Source: Candidatus Latescibacterota bacterium (GTDB taxonomy: Bacteria; Latescibacterota; UBA2968; UBA8231). Taken from it: a stretch of DNA of 64,000 nt. The position numbers and the translations under genes are program-made. The DNA lies in NCBI GenBank assembly GCA_965217585.1, contig OZ244561.1:288001-352000 (forward strand). The letters are read 5' to 3'. The notes beneath the pieces are model-generated. The model was not told the origin of the DNA and ran no database searches. It saw only the letters and a program-made list of their open reading frames with translations. The stretch's first letter is position 1, and every line of letters begins with the position of its first letter. This document shows positions 27,378-37,353 of this stretch, one piece after another.

Positions 27378-29681
27378 TTAAAACCTGAAGTCAAAGCCGA
27401 AGGTCGGCACGATGGGCAGCATCTTAACTACAATCGGTTGCTCGGTAGAATCGTTGGGGTCGTACTGGACAAACCATTCGTTGCGGCGGTTGTAGGCATT
27501 GAAAATCTGCACATAGAAATCGACATCCGCACCAAACAGCCCAAAGGTGCGCCGCATCCCAACATCCAAGCGGTGGTAGGGCAGCAGCCGGGCCGTGTTG
27601 CGCCGCGCCGCTAGCAGCCGGTCAACGGAGCGGTCAGAGGCTGGGTCGCGCAGGGTGTAGCGGGCCGCGGCTGGCGTGTAGGCTTGGCCGGTGCCGTACA
27701 CGAAATTGGCGGTCCAAGTCCAGCGGGCCAAGCGATAGGTGGCCGTCAACGACACGTCGTGGCGTCGGTCGTATTTGGGCGGAAAGGTCCGGCCGCCATC
27801 GATATCCGGGAATGTCCTCCGCGTCCATCCGAAGGTGTAGCCCAGCCAGCCGCTGAGACGCCCGCGGCGCTTTTCGGCAAATAGCTCCACGCCGGTAGCA
27901 TAGCCGGTGCCGCCGGTTTTGAACACGTCCTCGGAGGTTTCCTGCTCGTCGTTTTCCCCCTGCTCCTCGTCGAGGACGACGAGGTTGGCCAAGTCCGTAT
28001 AGTAGGTCTCGAGGCTGAATCGGTAGTTGTCAGAAGGCTCCCACTCCAAGCCCGAAACCGCCTGATAGGAGCGCCCAGGCTCTACCGTCTCGTCGAGCGG
28101 AAGCCACAAATCGCCGCCACTGAAGCCCTCCGACGACACGAGCTGCAAGTATTGCCGATAGCTGCCCCCGGCCAGCTTGAAGCGCCAGCCTTCTTGCAGC
28201 ACGCGACTCAGCGAAAAGCGCGGGTTGAGCGACAGGTGTCCGCCCTCTTTGTAATAGGTTCCGCGCAGGCCCAGCCGGGCCTCGGTCAGCGGCGTCACTT
28301 GCCAGTCGTCTTGGATATATGCCGACAAGAGATAGGGCTTTACTACTTGGTTATTCTCGTACTGATCAAAGCGCACGCCGTAATCAAAGCGGAAGGCAGT
28401 AAGGCCGACCCCCGTGCGGAGGGTGTGATTAGCCGCGGCGAAGTAATCGAGGTCTCCCTTGATGGAGACGTCCCGCACGCGATTGCTCACCGCGATGGGC
28501 GTGCCAAACAAATTGAGGGTGATGTCGCTTTGGTATTTGGAGTACAGGGCGATCATGCGCCCGAAGAGCGCCGGCGAAAACACGTGCGTCCAGCGCCCGG
28601 TCAAGGCCTCGTTGCCCCAGTTATTGCCAAAGGACACGGTGTTGGTGCTGTCGCCCTCGGTGCTGTTATCGCTCACGCTGATGTCGAGGTGGTCGTTGCC
28701 CCCATACGCGCTGAGCATGAGGTTGTCGTTGGGACTGAGCTGGGTATTGACCTTGGCGTTGACATCGTAAAACCAGTAGCCGAGGCCATCGAGTTCGTCG
28801 GTGCTCCGCCGCATCGCCCGCAGCACGGGATCGATGTATGTGCGCCGACCAGCCACCATCCACGAGCCTTGGCCGAGCGGCCCCTCGCTCATAAGCCGGC
28901 TGGAGATCAGGCTAACGCCGCCGCTGGTGCTAAAGTTGCGGCGATTGCCATCGCGGTTTTGCACATCGAGGACAGCACTCAGGCTGCCGCCGTACTGGGC
29001 TGGATAGGCCCCCTTGTAGAAGGTGACGTCTTTGATCGCGTCCGGGTTGAAGGTGGAGAAAAAACCAAAAGCATGCGACGGATTGTAGAGCCGCATCTGG
29101 TCGAGCAGGATGCCGGTTTGGTCGGGGCCACCGCCGCGCACGTAGAGTCCACTGCTAAAATCCGATGCCGCTTGCACGCCCGGCAGCAGTTGCAAACTGC
29201 GCAGCAGGTCCGGCTCGGCCATGGCCGCCATCTGTTGTACGTCCGTTACTTGCAGGGCAACCACGCTCGGTCGCTGGTTCACTTCGCTCTCCACCGCGGT
29301 CGCCTCGGCCTCCACGACGACCTCCCCCATCTCCAGCGCTTGCCGCTCCAGTTCGATATCCCAGCGCAGCGCTTGGCCAGCGATCAACGCCAGCGTGTCG
29401 CGGTGGGTTGTGTAGCCAATGTAGGACGCAGTAACGACCCAAGTCCCCGCCGGGATGTCCGGGATGGCGTAATAGCCTTCGGCGTTGCTCAGCGCACCCA
29501 TTGCTCGGTTTTCAACGGCGATGGCGACCGCGGCATTGGGCAAGCGCTCGCCGTTGCTGCTGTCGCGGACAAACCCGCTGAGGGTACTAGTGCGTTGAGT
29601 CTGCGCCCATGACGCGTTGCTTAGGACGGCCATCACCGCCACCGCCACAATCGAGGTTCTTGCCTTGCTCAATGGATTCAC
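27378..29681 (-). CDS. TonB-dependent receptor
   Basis: CarboxypepD-like N-terminus; plug LPGV...VRGGGPDQ; C-terminal Phe. Confidence 0.92.
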   Translation of the reverse strand: MNPLSKARTSIVAVAVMAVLSNASWAQTQRTSTLSGFVRDSSNGERLPNAAVAIAVENRAMGALSNAEGYYAIPDIPAGTWVVTASYIGYTTHRDTLALIAGQALRWDIELERQALEMGEVVVEAEATAVESEVNQRPSVVALQVTDVQQMAAMAEPDLLRSLQLLPGVQAASDFSSGLYVRGGGPDQTGILLDQMRLYNPSHAFGFFSTFNPDAIKDVTFYKGAYPAQYGGSLSAVLDVQNRDGNRRNFSTSGGVSLISSRLMSEGPLGQGSWMVAGRRTYIDPVLRAMRRSTDELDGLGYWFYDVNAKVNTQLSPNDNLMLSAYGGNDHLDISVSDNSTEGDSTNTVSFGNNWGNEALTGRWTHVFSPALFGRMIALYSKYQSDITLNLFGTPIAVSNRVRDVSIKGDLDYFAAANHTLRTGVGLTAFRFDYGVRFDQYENNQVVKPYLLSAYIQDDWQVTPLTEARLGLRGTYYKEGGHLSLNPRFSLSRVLQEGWRFKLAGGSYRQYLQLVSSEGFSGGDLWLPLDETVEPGRSYQAVSGLEWEPSDNYRFSLETYYTDLANLVVLDEEQGENDEQETSEDVFKTGGTGYATGVELFAEKRRGRLSGWLGYTFGWTRRTFPDIDGGRTFPPKYDRRHDVSLTATYRLARWTWTANFVYGTGQAYTPAAARYTLRDPASDRSVDRLLAARRNTARLLPYHRLDVGMRRTFGLFGADVDFYVQIFNAYNRRNEWFVQYDPNDSTEQPIVVKMLPIVPTFGFDFRF

Positions 29682-29840
29682 GTTCCCTCGGATAGGATTG
29701 TCTCCAGCACTACTTACTTTAACTGACGCTACGCATCGTCCTGCCTGTGCGCTAGGCGCTGGCCGCCCTAGAGATGCCCGTGCGTAACATCCGTTACTTT
29801 AACACCGGTGCCAGTGATAATTGTTACCCGTGCAGAGGTC

Positions 29841-32324
29841 CTATCGAATCAAGGCCATCCGCCCCACCGCAGTAAAGTCCTCCCCAGCGGTGAGTCGGTA
29901 CAGATAGACGCCGCTGGCAGCCGGGCGACCCTCGTCGTCGCGGCCGTTCCAAGAAGTGCGATAGTGACCGGCCCTCAGCAACTCCCCACTGTGCAAGGCG
30001 CGGACGCGGCGGCCAAGCACGTCGTACACCACGAGATGTACGGGTACGGTCCTTGCCACATCGAAGGCAATAGTCGCGTTGGCATTAAATGGATTGGGCC
30101 AGTTGCCGTGCAACCGAAACGCCTCGGGTACTCCTGTGGCCTGTTCGGCAATCGCCGTCTGAACCTGATTCGGAGCACCCGGCGTAGGGTTGCTTACGGT
30201 CTGAAAATCGCCCGTGATATCCGGCACTCGCGCCCAACTCGTTCCCTCATCGGCCTGTCCCTTTTCCCAGTCGATTTGAGCGACCAAGGTGCCGTCTGCC
30301 GTCCAGATGCCCAGCTCTTCGTCGCGGCCGAGGGCAAAGCCGGGCCACCCGTCTTTATCCAACTCGATCTGTAGAAACTCACCCGCCTCGATGACCGTGC
30401 CAGCCGGGAAGGGGGTGCGCTTACTTTCGTCCGTCAGATCGTCGGCCATCACAAAGTCCGCAAGATCTATCGGCCCATCCGAGGCATTGTAGAGTTCAAA
30501 CCAATCGAGCGGATCGCCCTGGGCGGCGACCTCGTTGATAACCAGTCCAATCTCTGCCCCGGCTTCGACGTCATCTTCTGGGGCCGTATCCCCTCCCCCG
30601 CCAAAGCTGAATAAGGTGCCATAAAACCGGCCCGAAATTTTCGCGCCCGGCTCCGTGCTGGCCTCGTCGAATTCAATCCCTCCCTTGGCAATTAGTTCAA
30701 ATTGGTCCGGAGCGCTATCAGGCGATGGCAACGACAAGCGGTAGCCACGGACTGCATTCATGTCGATGGGCAAGCTGGCACCGCTCACCACCCAGTCAAT
30801 CGGCAGCGAAGCGGTGAGAATGTCGATGTCTTTTCCAAGGCTGATAATGGATACAGACGCCCTGTCCTTGTCCGTGCGCCCTCCATCCTCTTCAAAGCCG
30901 GCTATGGCTCCCGAGAGCCCAAAGCCCTGCTCTTTTCCCCCTAGCTTGTACTCAGTGAATTCGACCGTCCCTTCCCCCAGCGGATTCTCGCTTGCACTCG
31001 ATCCCCATGTCGTCTCAAAGTGCAGATCAAACACGCCCCTTTCCGGCCAGCAGATATCGGCTGCGGCCAGCGGCCAAGACCAAGTGGGCGGCTCTGGATC
31101 GAGATCGGCCAAAATCACCGCTCGCCGCTCGCGGATGAATTGACGCACCCGGTCTGCGTCGCGGGCGGCATCCGCGCGCCTTTTGGCCAGCGCGTGCTGC
31201 TGGACGATCGCCGCCATCTCGTCGGCGAGGCTGAGCAGCTCTTCTTCGTTCCAGACCGTGTCGAGCAGTTGCTTGAGGCGGGCTACATAGGTGGCTCGCG
31301 TCGCGTCTTCGCGGTATAAACGGTGGGCGATGGCCCCGTGCGCCATGACCGCAGGCGGCGACACAAAATCGTCAAAGGGGCCATCGGTCGAGGTGAAAAC
31401 TTGATCTGCACCCCAAGGCATGAACACAAAAGGCGCATCCGGCTCGCGGTAGACGTAGAAATTATTGCGGTTGCCAGCGTACCCATCCCAGTGCCCAATG
31501 AGTACTTCGGTCGCCCAGAAAGTGAGAAAGTGGTCGAGGTCAATGGCGGCGGCGAGAGCTTCGAGGCCGGCCGGAGAGGGATCTTGTAGCGCGGCGACGA
31601 CCGCGTCGATATCCGACCAGTCCGCGTCCTCCTCGTTGGTTTTCTTCTGCAAGGTGCCGCGCCATTCGGGCCGAAAATCGCTGACGGTCCCCTCGTAAAA
31701 ATTGCCGCTTGGATCGGAGAAATTGCGCTCCAAAAAGGCGGTTTTCATGCTCTCGACGTGTACGTACACGCCCAAGTTTTCGCCGTTTACCGCAACGGTA
31801 GCAAAGTTGCAGCGCGGCGCTGGCAGGCCGGCGGCAGCAAAGACGTGGTAGGCCATACAGGTATTGAGCATGGACGGGTCTTGCTGGGCATTGTTCAGAG
31901 TCAGGCGCTTCATTGCTCCGCCGAGGAGCTGACCGTCGATGAACTTGTCGAAGCGGACCTTGAGCGCGGGTTTCCCCTTACTCAGCGATCCGAAGAATCC
32001 TTTCTTGCGGACGCCGACTTGGGTGTGGGTTTCGCCGTCCACGCTTACGGTCGCTTCGAACCAAGTGAAGATCTCATCCGCGGGGCTGTCGAGACAGTCG
32101 GAACCGCCGAGTATATCCACGAGGGTCCGCGTCTGAGCGCGCAGGCGATCCCAATCCTCGGGTGCCATTTCGATGGCCACGTCGAGCACGCGGTCGAGGG
32201 CAAAGTAGGGGTCGCTGGGATGGGAGGCATCCTCGGCGGCTTGGCCAAATGTTGGATGGACGGCCAAGAGTAATGCCGCGATCACTATATGCGCGACCGC
32301 AAGTACGCTCTGGTGGTTTTTCAT
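29841..32324 (-). CDS. CotH-kinase + lamin-tail + FlgD/CTD secreted protein
   Basis: GVRKKG, HWDGY...NN, PWGAD; LVINEV...DWFELYN; NWPNPFN...WNGRD...SGVY. Confidence 0.88.
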   Translation of the reverse strand: MKNHQSVLAVAHIVIAALLLAVHPTFGQAAEDASHPSDPYFALDRVLDVAIEMAPEDWDRLRAQTRTLVDILGGSDCLDSPADEIFTWFEATVSVDGETHTQVGVRKKGFFGSLSKGKPALKVRFDKFIDGQLLGGAMKRLTLNNAQQDPSMLNTCMAYHVFAAAGLPAPRCNFATVAVNGENLGVYVHVESMKTAFLERNFSDPSGNFYEGTVSDFRPEWRGTLQKKTNEEDADWSDIDAVVAALQDPSPAGLEALAAAIDLDHFLTFWATEVLIGHWDGYAGNRNNFYVYREPDAPFVFMPWGADQVFTSTDGPFDDFVSPPAVMAHGAIAHRLYREDATRATYVARLKQLLDTVWNEEELLSLADEMAAIVQQHALAKRRADAARDADRVRQFIRERRAVILADLDPEPPTWSWPLAAADICWPERGVFDLHFETTWGSSASENPLGEGTVEFTEYKLGGKEQGFGLSGAIAGFEEDGGRTDKDRASVSIISLGKDIDILTASLPIDWVVSGASLPIDMNAVRGYRLSLPSPDSAPDQFELIAKGGIEFDEASTEPGAKISGRFYGTLFSFGGGGDTAPEDDVEAGAEIGLVINEVAAQGDPLDWFELYNASDGPIDLADFVMADDLTDESKRTPFPAGTVIEAGEFLQIELDKDGWPGFALGRDEELGIWTADGTLVAQIDWEKGQADEGTSWARVPDITGDFQTVSNPTPGAPNQVQTAIAEQATGVPEAFRLHGNWPNPFNANATIAFDVARTVPVHLVVYDVLGRRVRALHSGELLRAGHYRTSWNGRDDEGRPAASGVYLYRLTAGEDFTAVGRMALIR

Positions 32325-32391
32325 TTGCTCCTCTTCGTCTGATCGAGAAAGGGATAGTGAGAGAATAACGATGGCCCCGCTGCTGGTCCGA

Positions 32392-32428
32392 GCTTGTAAA
32401 CTGATGATGGTATCATCAATTTACAAGC
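32392..32428. promoter_or_regulatory. 37-bp AT-rich palindrome, probable operator upstream of the CotH gene
   Basis: GCTTGTAAACTGATGAT-GGT-ATCATCAATTTACAAGC, 16/17 arm pairing. Confidence 0.6.
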
Positions 32429-32534
32429 ATAAATGGCCCTAGAATTATAGTCGCTCCCGTAGAAGAGGTTTTCCAGCTACGCGACGAGGTGCTCGTCATC
32501 CCGTATGATCTGCTGTAAACGAAGTTGAAGTTCC

Positions 32535-32642
32535 TCAGCCGTGCAGGATGGGATGGCCGTTGCCGGTAAAAAACGCCACATCAATGAGGAAGGAGAGGCC
32601 GACGCCGAGGAAGTAGCCTGCGATCAGGCCGATGAAGAAGGG
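32535..32642 (-). pseudogene. Diverged duplicate of the last 35 codons of the DUF6785-type gene
   Basis: PFFIGLIAGYFLGVGLSFLIDVAFFTGNGHPILHG*, 26/35 aa identical to the intact gene end. Confidence 0.85.
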
Positions 32643-32845
32643 TCTAAATCGTGGGTGCGCGGAATCGGCTGGGCATGGAATACCAGCACGGCTTTGAGGT
32701 ACTTTTCGGCCGCCTGCTGACTGTGAAAGCAGATCGTATCCCAAGGTATTTCTTGGGCCGCCAGATTATTCCTGACGTTTAGCAGATCATTTTCAGCCCG
32801 GCTGGTCCACTGCCGTACTAGGATTTTTTGCGGAGATTCGCTCAT
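32624..32845 (-). pseudogene. 3'-truncated HEPN protein
   Basis: W..RAENDL...CFHSQQAAEKYLKA...PRTHDL, then fuses into the duplicated gene end; the Rx4Y half is missing. Confidence 0.8.
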
Positions 32846-33167
32846 ATAAAGTGGTGCCCTCGGCCAATACCTGGGACGCGAATGAAGACGGAGCTTCTTT
32901 CCAATAGTCCAGTTCGGCGGGGGTGTACACGACAACATCCAAGGGACAATCAATGTCTTCGAGTAGGCGGCGCACTTCAAGGGCGCGCTCCAACGGGGGC
33001 AAATCCGTCTGCCAGACTATGAGTAAATCCAAATCGCTGTCCCATTGGCTATGACCCGTAGCATGGGAGCCGAATAGAACGATCCGCTCAAAGGGGTGTG
33101 CGCGGACGAGAGTCTCTACGACGAGATCGAGCGTTTGGTTGGTCTTTTTGGTTGTCTCTGTGGTCAT
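32793..33167 (-). CDS. Minimal nucleotidyltransferase (MNT antitoxin)
   Basis: LFGSHATG...DSDLDLL. Confidence 0.88.
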   Translation of the reverse strand: MTTETTKKTNQTLDLVVETLVRAHPFERIVLFGSHATGHSQWDSDLDLLIVWQTDLPPLERALEVRRLLEDIDCPLDVVVYTPAELDYWKEAPSSFASQVLAEGTTLYERISAKNPSTAVDQPG

Positions 33168-33208
33168 AGTGTAGAATCTAAAGAATCAACCCATTAAATC
33201 CAAAATCC

Positions 33209-33268
33209 TCAGCCGTGCAAGATGGGATGGCCGTTGCCGGGGAAGAACGCTACATCCACGAGCAAGGA
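33209..33268 (-). pseudogene. Second duplicate of the DUF6785-type gene 3' end (19 codons)
   Basis: SLLVDVAFFPGNGHPILHG*. Confidence 0.85.
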
Positions 33269-33311
33269 GCGCACGGTGACGCCTGTTGCGGGATAGGTTG
33301 ACAACGCGGCC

Positions 33312-35312
33312 TCAGCCGTGCAAGATGGGATGGCCGTTGCCGGGGAAGAAAATCATATCGACGATAAACGAGATCCCCACCCCGAAGAAGTGCCCGAGAA
33401 TCAGGCCGATGAAAAACGGCGCAGCCTTGCGGTATAGCTCAATGCCGCCAAAGCGCATGATCAGACTCTTGGCCGCCCAAGACACAAAGATCGCCGGGGC
33501 TTGGTTGCGCACCATCCAGATCGCGGAGATGGCCAAGCCCACCGGATGCAGGGGCCACCACGGGAAGCGGTACTGCATAAACGTCAAAACCGCCATCGCC
33601 GCCGCGCCGATGCCGAAAAAGCTGAGCTTTTGCACGTGGAAATCGGCCGGAGTTTTGATCTTGCTCAGCGCGTCGTCAAAGGAGCGCACCCCCGCGCCCG
33701 AGGAGACACGGAAAAACCAGGAGTTGAAGTTGGAGGCTCCCTGCTCGTAGGCCATGGCAATGACGTACACAATGGCGGCGATAAAGCCGACTAGTAGAGC
33801 CAGCGCAATGGCCAAGCACAGGCCGCGACGGCTCATGCGCATGGCGTCGTGCAGCCGGGTGGCATGGGCGGCCGACGGCATGAAGATCGACTGCACATCG
33901 CTGAAGAACCCATAACTCATCCCCAGGGCCGCCAAGCCCGTCGGCGAAATCGCACTCGTGCCAAAGGTCATCATGGTCATGGCTTGGCTGACCACGGGCG
34001 TCGTCAGGTAGAAGACGCCAGCCTGCACCACCAAGCGGGTAATGCCCAAGTAGGCAATCAGCACGCCGCCCAAGAAAAACGCCGCCACCGGCATTTCCAT
34101 ACCAGCCTTGTTGAGCCACGCCAGCATGTAGACGACTCCGACCAACAGGCCGACGACTGCGCTGCGATAGGACATCAACTCGCGGCTGTCGTCAACCGGA
34201 TGGGCGGGATTCCACGCCTTGCGGAACACGTCCTTAAGGTGATCGCGCGCCATCCACAACCCCCACAACACCAGCACCACAAAAGCCCCCCAACACTGCC
34301 AAGACGTCGACGGCAAGCCCCACACGAAGTTGTCGGCTTCGGTCACGCCAACGCCAAAGCGGTTAAACAGGCCCTCTTCGAGCAGCAGCAGCAAAAAGAA
34401 AAACCAGATGCTGAAGGTGACGTTGAGGTTGGCGAAATACATGAAGCCGACGACCGGGAAGTAGAAGCGGATGTTGATCGTGGGAAAGCCGTGCGCGATT
34501 TGGATGGGATGGTGCCACTCGATCTTGGGAAAGAAGTGGAAGAAAAAGCCGACGATGTTCCACAAGACGATGCACAGGGGGATCGCCGCCCCCATCCAAA
34601 AGACCTTGTTGCGCAAGACGGCCGGCACGCGCGCAGGGCCATCGGCGTCCGCCACGAGGGCCTGCGGCACCTCCATCAGCGGATAGGCCAACCGCTCGCG
34701 CTCGACCCACTGCTTGCGCAATATGACGACGAGGCAAAAACAGACCGCGTACAAAGTCCAGATAAAGCTCAGCCACCAAAACAGCGGCATGGCCCACGCA
34801 TCGAGCAGCGTGCCCCAAGGCATCGGCTCACCGAGAGGCAGTCCCTCAAAGAACCAAGTCATGGCCAAGCCGTCGTTGCTCGGCAGCAGCCACGCCGGCA
34901 AGTAGGGCAAGACGTACGTGCCCCACTGGTTTTCCGCGGAGGCAAAGTAATAGGGCGTGGTGGGGATCGACAGCACGTAGCCCATCATAAAGATGGGGAT
35001 GCCGGTCGTCACCAAGCCCATGACCACGACCGTGATCATCTCGGCCGGCCGCAAGGCCCAGCCGGGATTGATCGTCTTGAGCAGGATGTTGAGCAGGATG
35101 AGGCAGCAGAACGAGAAGCCGACGGCAATCGGAAAAAACGACCACGTGATCTCGGACGACCCCAAGACCCAGATGGCGTAGGGCGCGCCTAAACACACGA
35201 TGAGGACTTGGATGACGCCGAGCACCAAGGAGCGGAGCGTGAGGCCGCTAGCCGCGCCTTGGCTAGTGCTTGTTTCTCGATATGTAGTGGTCGCAGTCGG
35301 CGACGTCATCAA
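33312..35312 (-). CDS. DUF6785/DUF6784-type polytopic membrane protein (putative transporter)
   Basis: Many TM helices; LRKQWVERERLAYPL, WWPLHPVG, PFFIGLILG. Confidence 0.75.
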   Translation of the reverse strand: MMTSPTATTTYRETSTSQGAASGLTLRSLVLGVIQVLIVCLGAPYAIWVLGSSEITWSFFPIAVGFSFCCLILLNILLKTINPGWALRPAEMITVVVMGLVTTGIPIFMMGYVLSIPTTPYYFASAENQWGTYVLPYLPAWLLPSNDGLAMTWFFEGLPLGEPMPWGTLLDAWAMPLFWWLSFIWTLYAVCFCLVVILRKQWVERERLAYPLMEVPQALVADADGPARVPAVLRNKVFWMGAAIPLCIVLWNIVGFFFHFFPKIEWHHPIQIAHGFPTINIRFYFPVVGFMYFANLNVTFSIWFFFLLLLLEEGLFNRFGVGVTEADNFVWGLPSTSWQCWGAFVVLVLWGLWMARDHLKDVFRKAWNPAHPVDDSRELMSYRSAVVGLLVGVVYMLAWLNKAGMEMPVAAFFLGGVLIAYLGITRLVVQAGVFYLTTPVVSQAMTMMTFGTSAISPTGLAALGMSYGFFSDVQSIFMPSAAHATRLHDAMRMSRRGLCLAIALALLVGFIAAIVYVIAMAYEQGASNFNSWFFRVSSGAGVRSFDDALSKIKTPADFHVQKLSFFGIGAAAMAVLTFMQYRFPWWPLHPVGLAISAIWMVRNQAPAIFVSWAAKSLIMRFGGIELYRKAAPFFIGLILGHFFGVGISFIVDMIFFPGNGHPILHG

Positions 35313-35393
35313 AAGCCAGCTTCAGAGGCAATTCTAGCGGAATTCAAAGCGGACAATATGGTTTCAAGACACCGCAGCCGCAATCCTGCCGCG

Positions 35394-37001
35394 CTAGTCC
35401 CCATCTAACCCAGCGGCGTGGCGGCCCGCAGCCGGATCGCCAGCCGCGTAGTACGTGCCCGCGTCGGCCCACAGCATGACCGGGGTGGCGATGGGGCCGT
35501 TGCGGGCCTCGACTTGGTGGCCGCGCCGCGCCAGTTCGTCCCGGTCATTCGCATCAACGGCCGAGCTGATGGCCAGCGAGCCGGCCTCGATGAACGTCTG
35601 CTCGCGCACCGGGTTGGGATCAAACGAGTCCTCGTGGTGGTCCGTGGCAAAGCGCGGCGCGATGACCGCTTCGGCCGGCTGCATCCCAAACTCCACAAAG
35701 TCGAGCAACAGGTTCAAGGTGGCCTGATCTTGCAGATCGCCGCCGGCCACGCTGATGGCCAGCACGGGGGCACCGTCTTTGAGCACCATTGTGGGGGTCA
35801 GGGTGATGCGGGGCCGCTTGCCCGGTGCGATGCAGTTGGGATGCCCAAGGGTTGTGTTGAGGCTGCGCAGGCGGTTGCCATACGAGACGCCCGTGCTGCC
35901 GGTGCCGCCGGCGTGATAGACATTCGCGCTCGGCGTGGCCGATACGACCATGCCCCAGCGATCGGCCACTACGCACGTGGTGGTGCCGCCGACTCCGGGC
36001 CGGAACGCGCCCCCCTCCTGCACTGCCTTCATGCCGCGCGGGTCGCCAGGGCGGGCGTCCAGCGCAGCGTGGCCCATGTCGATCAGGGGCTGCCGGAGCT
36101 GGGTATATTCGTCGGACAGCAAGGCGTTCATGGGCACATCCACGAACAGGGGGTCGCCGTAGTGCGCGTCGCGGTCGGCCATGGCCAGCTTCATCGCTTC
36201 GACAACCGCGTGGACGTAGTCGGCCGAGCAATGCCCCATGCCTTTGAGATCAAACCCTTCAAGCAGGCGCAGGGCTTGACACAGATAAGGGCCTTGGGTC
36301 CACGGGCCGCACTTGTACACTTGGTAGCCTCGATAATCGACTGCCACCGGCTCTTCGATCAAGGTCCTATGGGCGGCCAGATCCGCGCGGCGCAAGAACC
36401 CGCCCTGCTCCACGTAGAACGCCTCCAGATCTTCGGCTATATCGCCGTGTTCGGCGCGGCGACCATAGAAGTGATCGCAGGCTGCTTGCAGCTTTTCTTG
36501 GCGATCGCCAGTGGCGCGATGTTCCTCCTCCACCATCCGCCGCAGCGTCTGCGCTAAGTCGGGGTGCCACGCCTCCTCGCCTTCGTCGAGCAGGGCCAAG
36601 GTCGGCGCGACAATCGCGGCAAAGCTCTGCGTGCCATAGTGCTGCAAGAGGGTAATGCACAAATCCACGACCGAGGGCACCGGAGCCATCTTGATGTCGC
36701 GGTCTGGGATACCGTGCTCCATGTACCAAGCAATGGCCTCCGGCGACAGCGGCGCGCGCCCCTGACCGGACAGCGACTTGACCGCTTTCCCGTCCCAGAC
36801 GAGCACCGGCACTTCCCCGCCGATGGAGCAAGCCCCGTGATCGGTGACGTTGAGCGCGATAATCGCGCCGGCTGTAGCATCGGCCGCATTGCCGCCTTGA
36901 CCGAGAATTTCAATGCCGGCGGCTACGGCACCAGCGCCGCCTGCCGCAATGACGCCGGTTTTGCTCTGGGCCTGCCAGCCGATCTGATCTACCCTACTCA
37001 T
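35394..37001 (-). CDS. Gamma-glutamyltransferase family protein
   Basis: GGNAADA, KLAMADRD..YGDP, nucleophile GTT, PGKRPRITLTP, GGD.Q.Q; RBS AAGGAG. Confidence 0.9.
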   Translation of the reverse strand: MSRVDQIGWQAQSKTGVIAAGGAGAVAAGIEILGQGGNAADATAGAIIALNVTDHGACSIGGEVPVLVWDGKAVKSLSGQGRAPLSPEAIAWYMEHGIPDRDIKMAPVPSVVDLCITLLQHYGTQSFAAIVAPTLALLDEGEEAWHPDLAQTLRRMVEEEHRATGDRQEKLQAACDHFYGRRAEHGDIAEDLEAFYVEQGGFLRRADLAAHRTLIEEPVAVDYRGYQVYKCGPWTQGPYLCQALRLLEGFDLKGMGHCSADYVHAVVEAMKLAMADRDAHYGDPLFVDVPMNALLSDEYTQLRQPLIDMGHAALDARPGDPRGMKAVQEGGAFRPGVGGTTTCVVADRWGMVVSATPSANVYHAGGTGSTGVSYGNRLRSLNTTLGHPNCIAPGKRPRITLTPTMVLKDGAPVLAISVAGGDLQDQATLNLLLDFVEFGMQPAEAVIAPRFATDHHEDSFDPNPVREQTFIEAGSLAISSAVDANDRDELARRGHQVEARNGPIATPVMLWADAGTYYAAGDPAAGRHAAGLDGD

Positions 37002-37199
37002 GTGTTGCTCCTTGTCAAAAAGAAGATGTGCCGCGCTCAATATCGCCTTGCGAGGGCGGTCTGTCGAGTCTAGCGACGGAGGGACAAGCCCCTTCCACGC
37101 GGAGCGGGCCAATATCCATGCTCCAAATAAGAGAAAATTCGATTATGTCTCAACATCCCATTATATTTATAGGCTCGTCGCGATGCCGCGCCGCAGTGC

Positions 37200-37353
37200 T
37201 GGCCGTTGTCTCCCTCGACCGCGAGAAGATGAAAAATCGGCACGCTGGCGGCGAAAATCGAGACCGCTACGAACATCTGCAAAAGTACCGTTCCGCCCTC
37301 ATCACCGCGCCTAGACCGGCAAAATTGACGTGAGAGAGAAAGCCGCTTTATGA
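37200..37353 (+). pseudogene. hsdS: Eroded 3' end of a type I R-M specificity subunit
   Basis: Across frameshifts it reads LDREKMK/IGTLAAKIETA/EHLQKYRSALITA/TGKIDVREKAAL*, matching the HsdS C-terminal helix (..EYRSALITAAVTGKIDVR). Confidence 0.8.

Noticed and set aside
32444-32449. TATAAT -10 box for the CotH gene
   Set aside because: No matching -35, and it lies within a probable coding relic, so it was not called as a promoter.
33849-35192. Long antisense ORFs (also 28152-29612, 35418-36557, 7214-8200)
   Set aside because: Shadow frames of GC-rich genes with clear products on the opposite strand.
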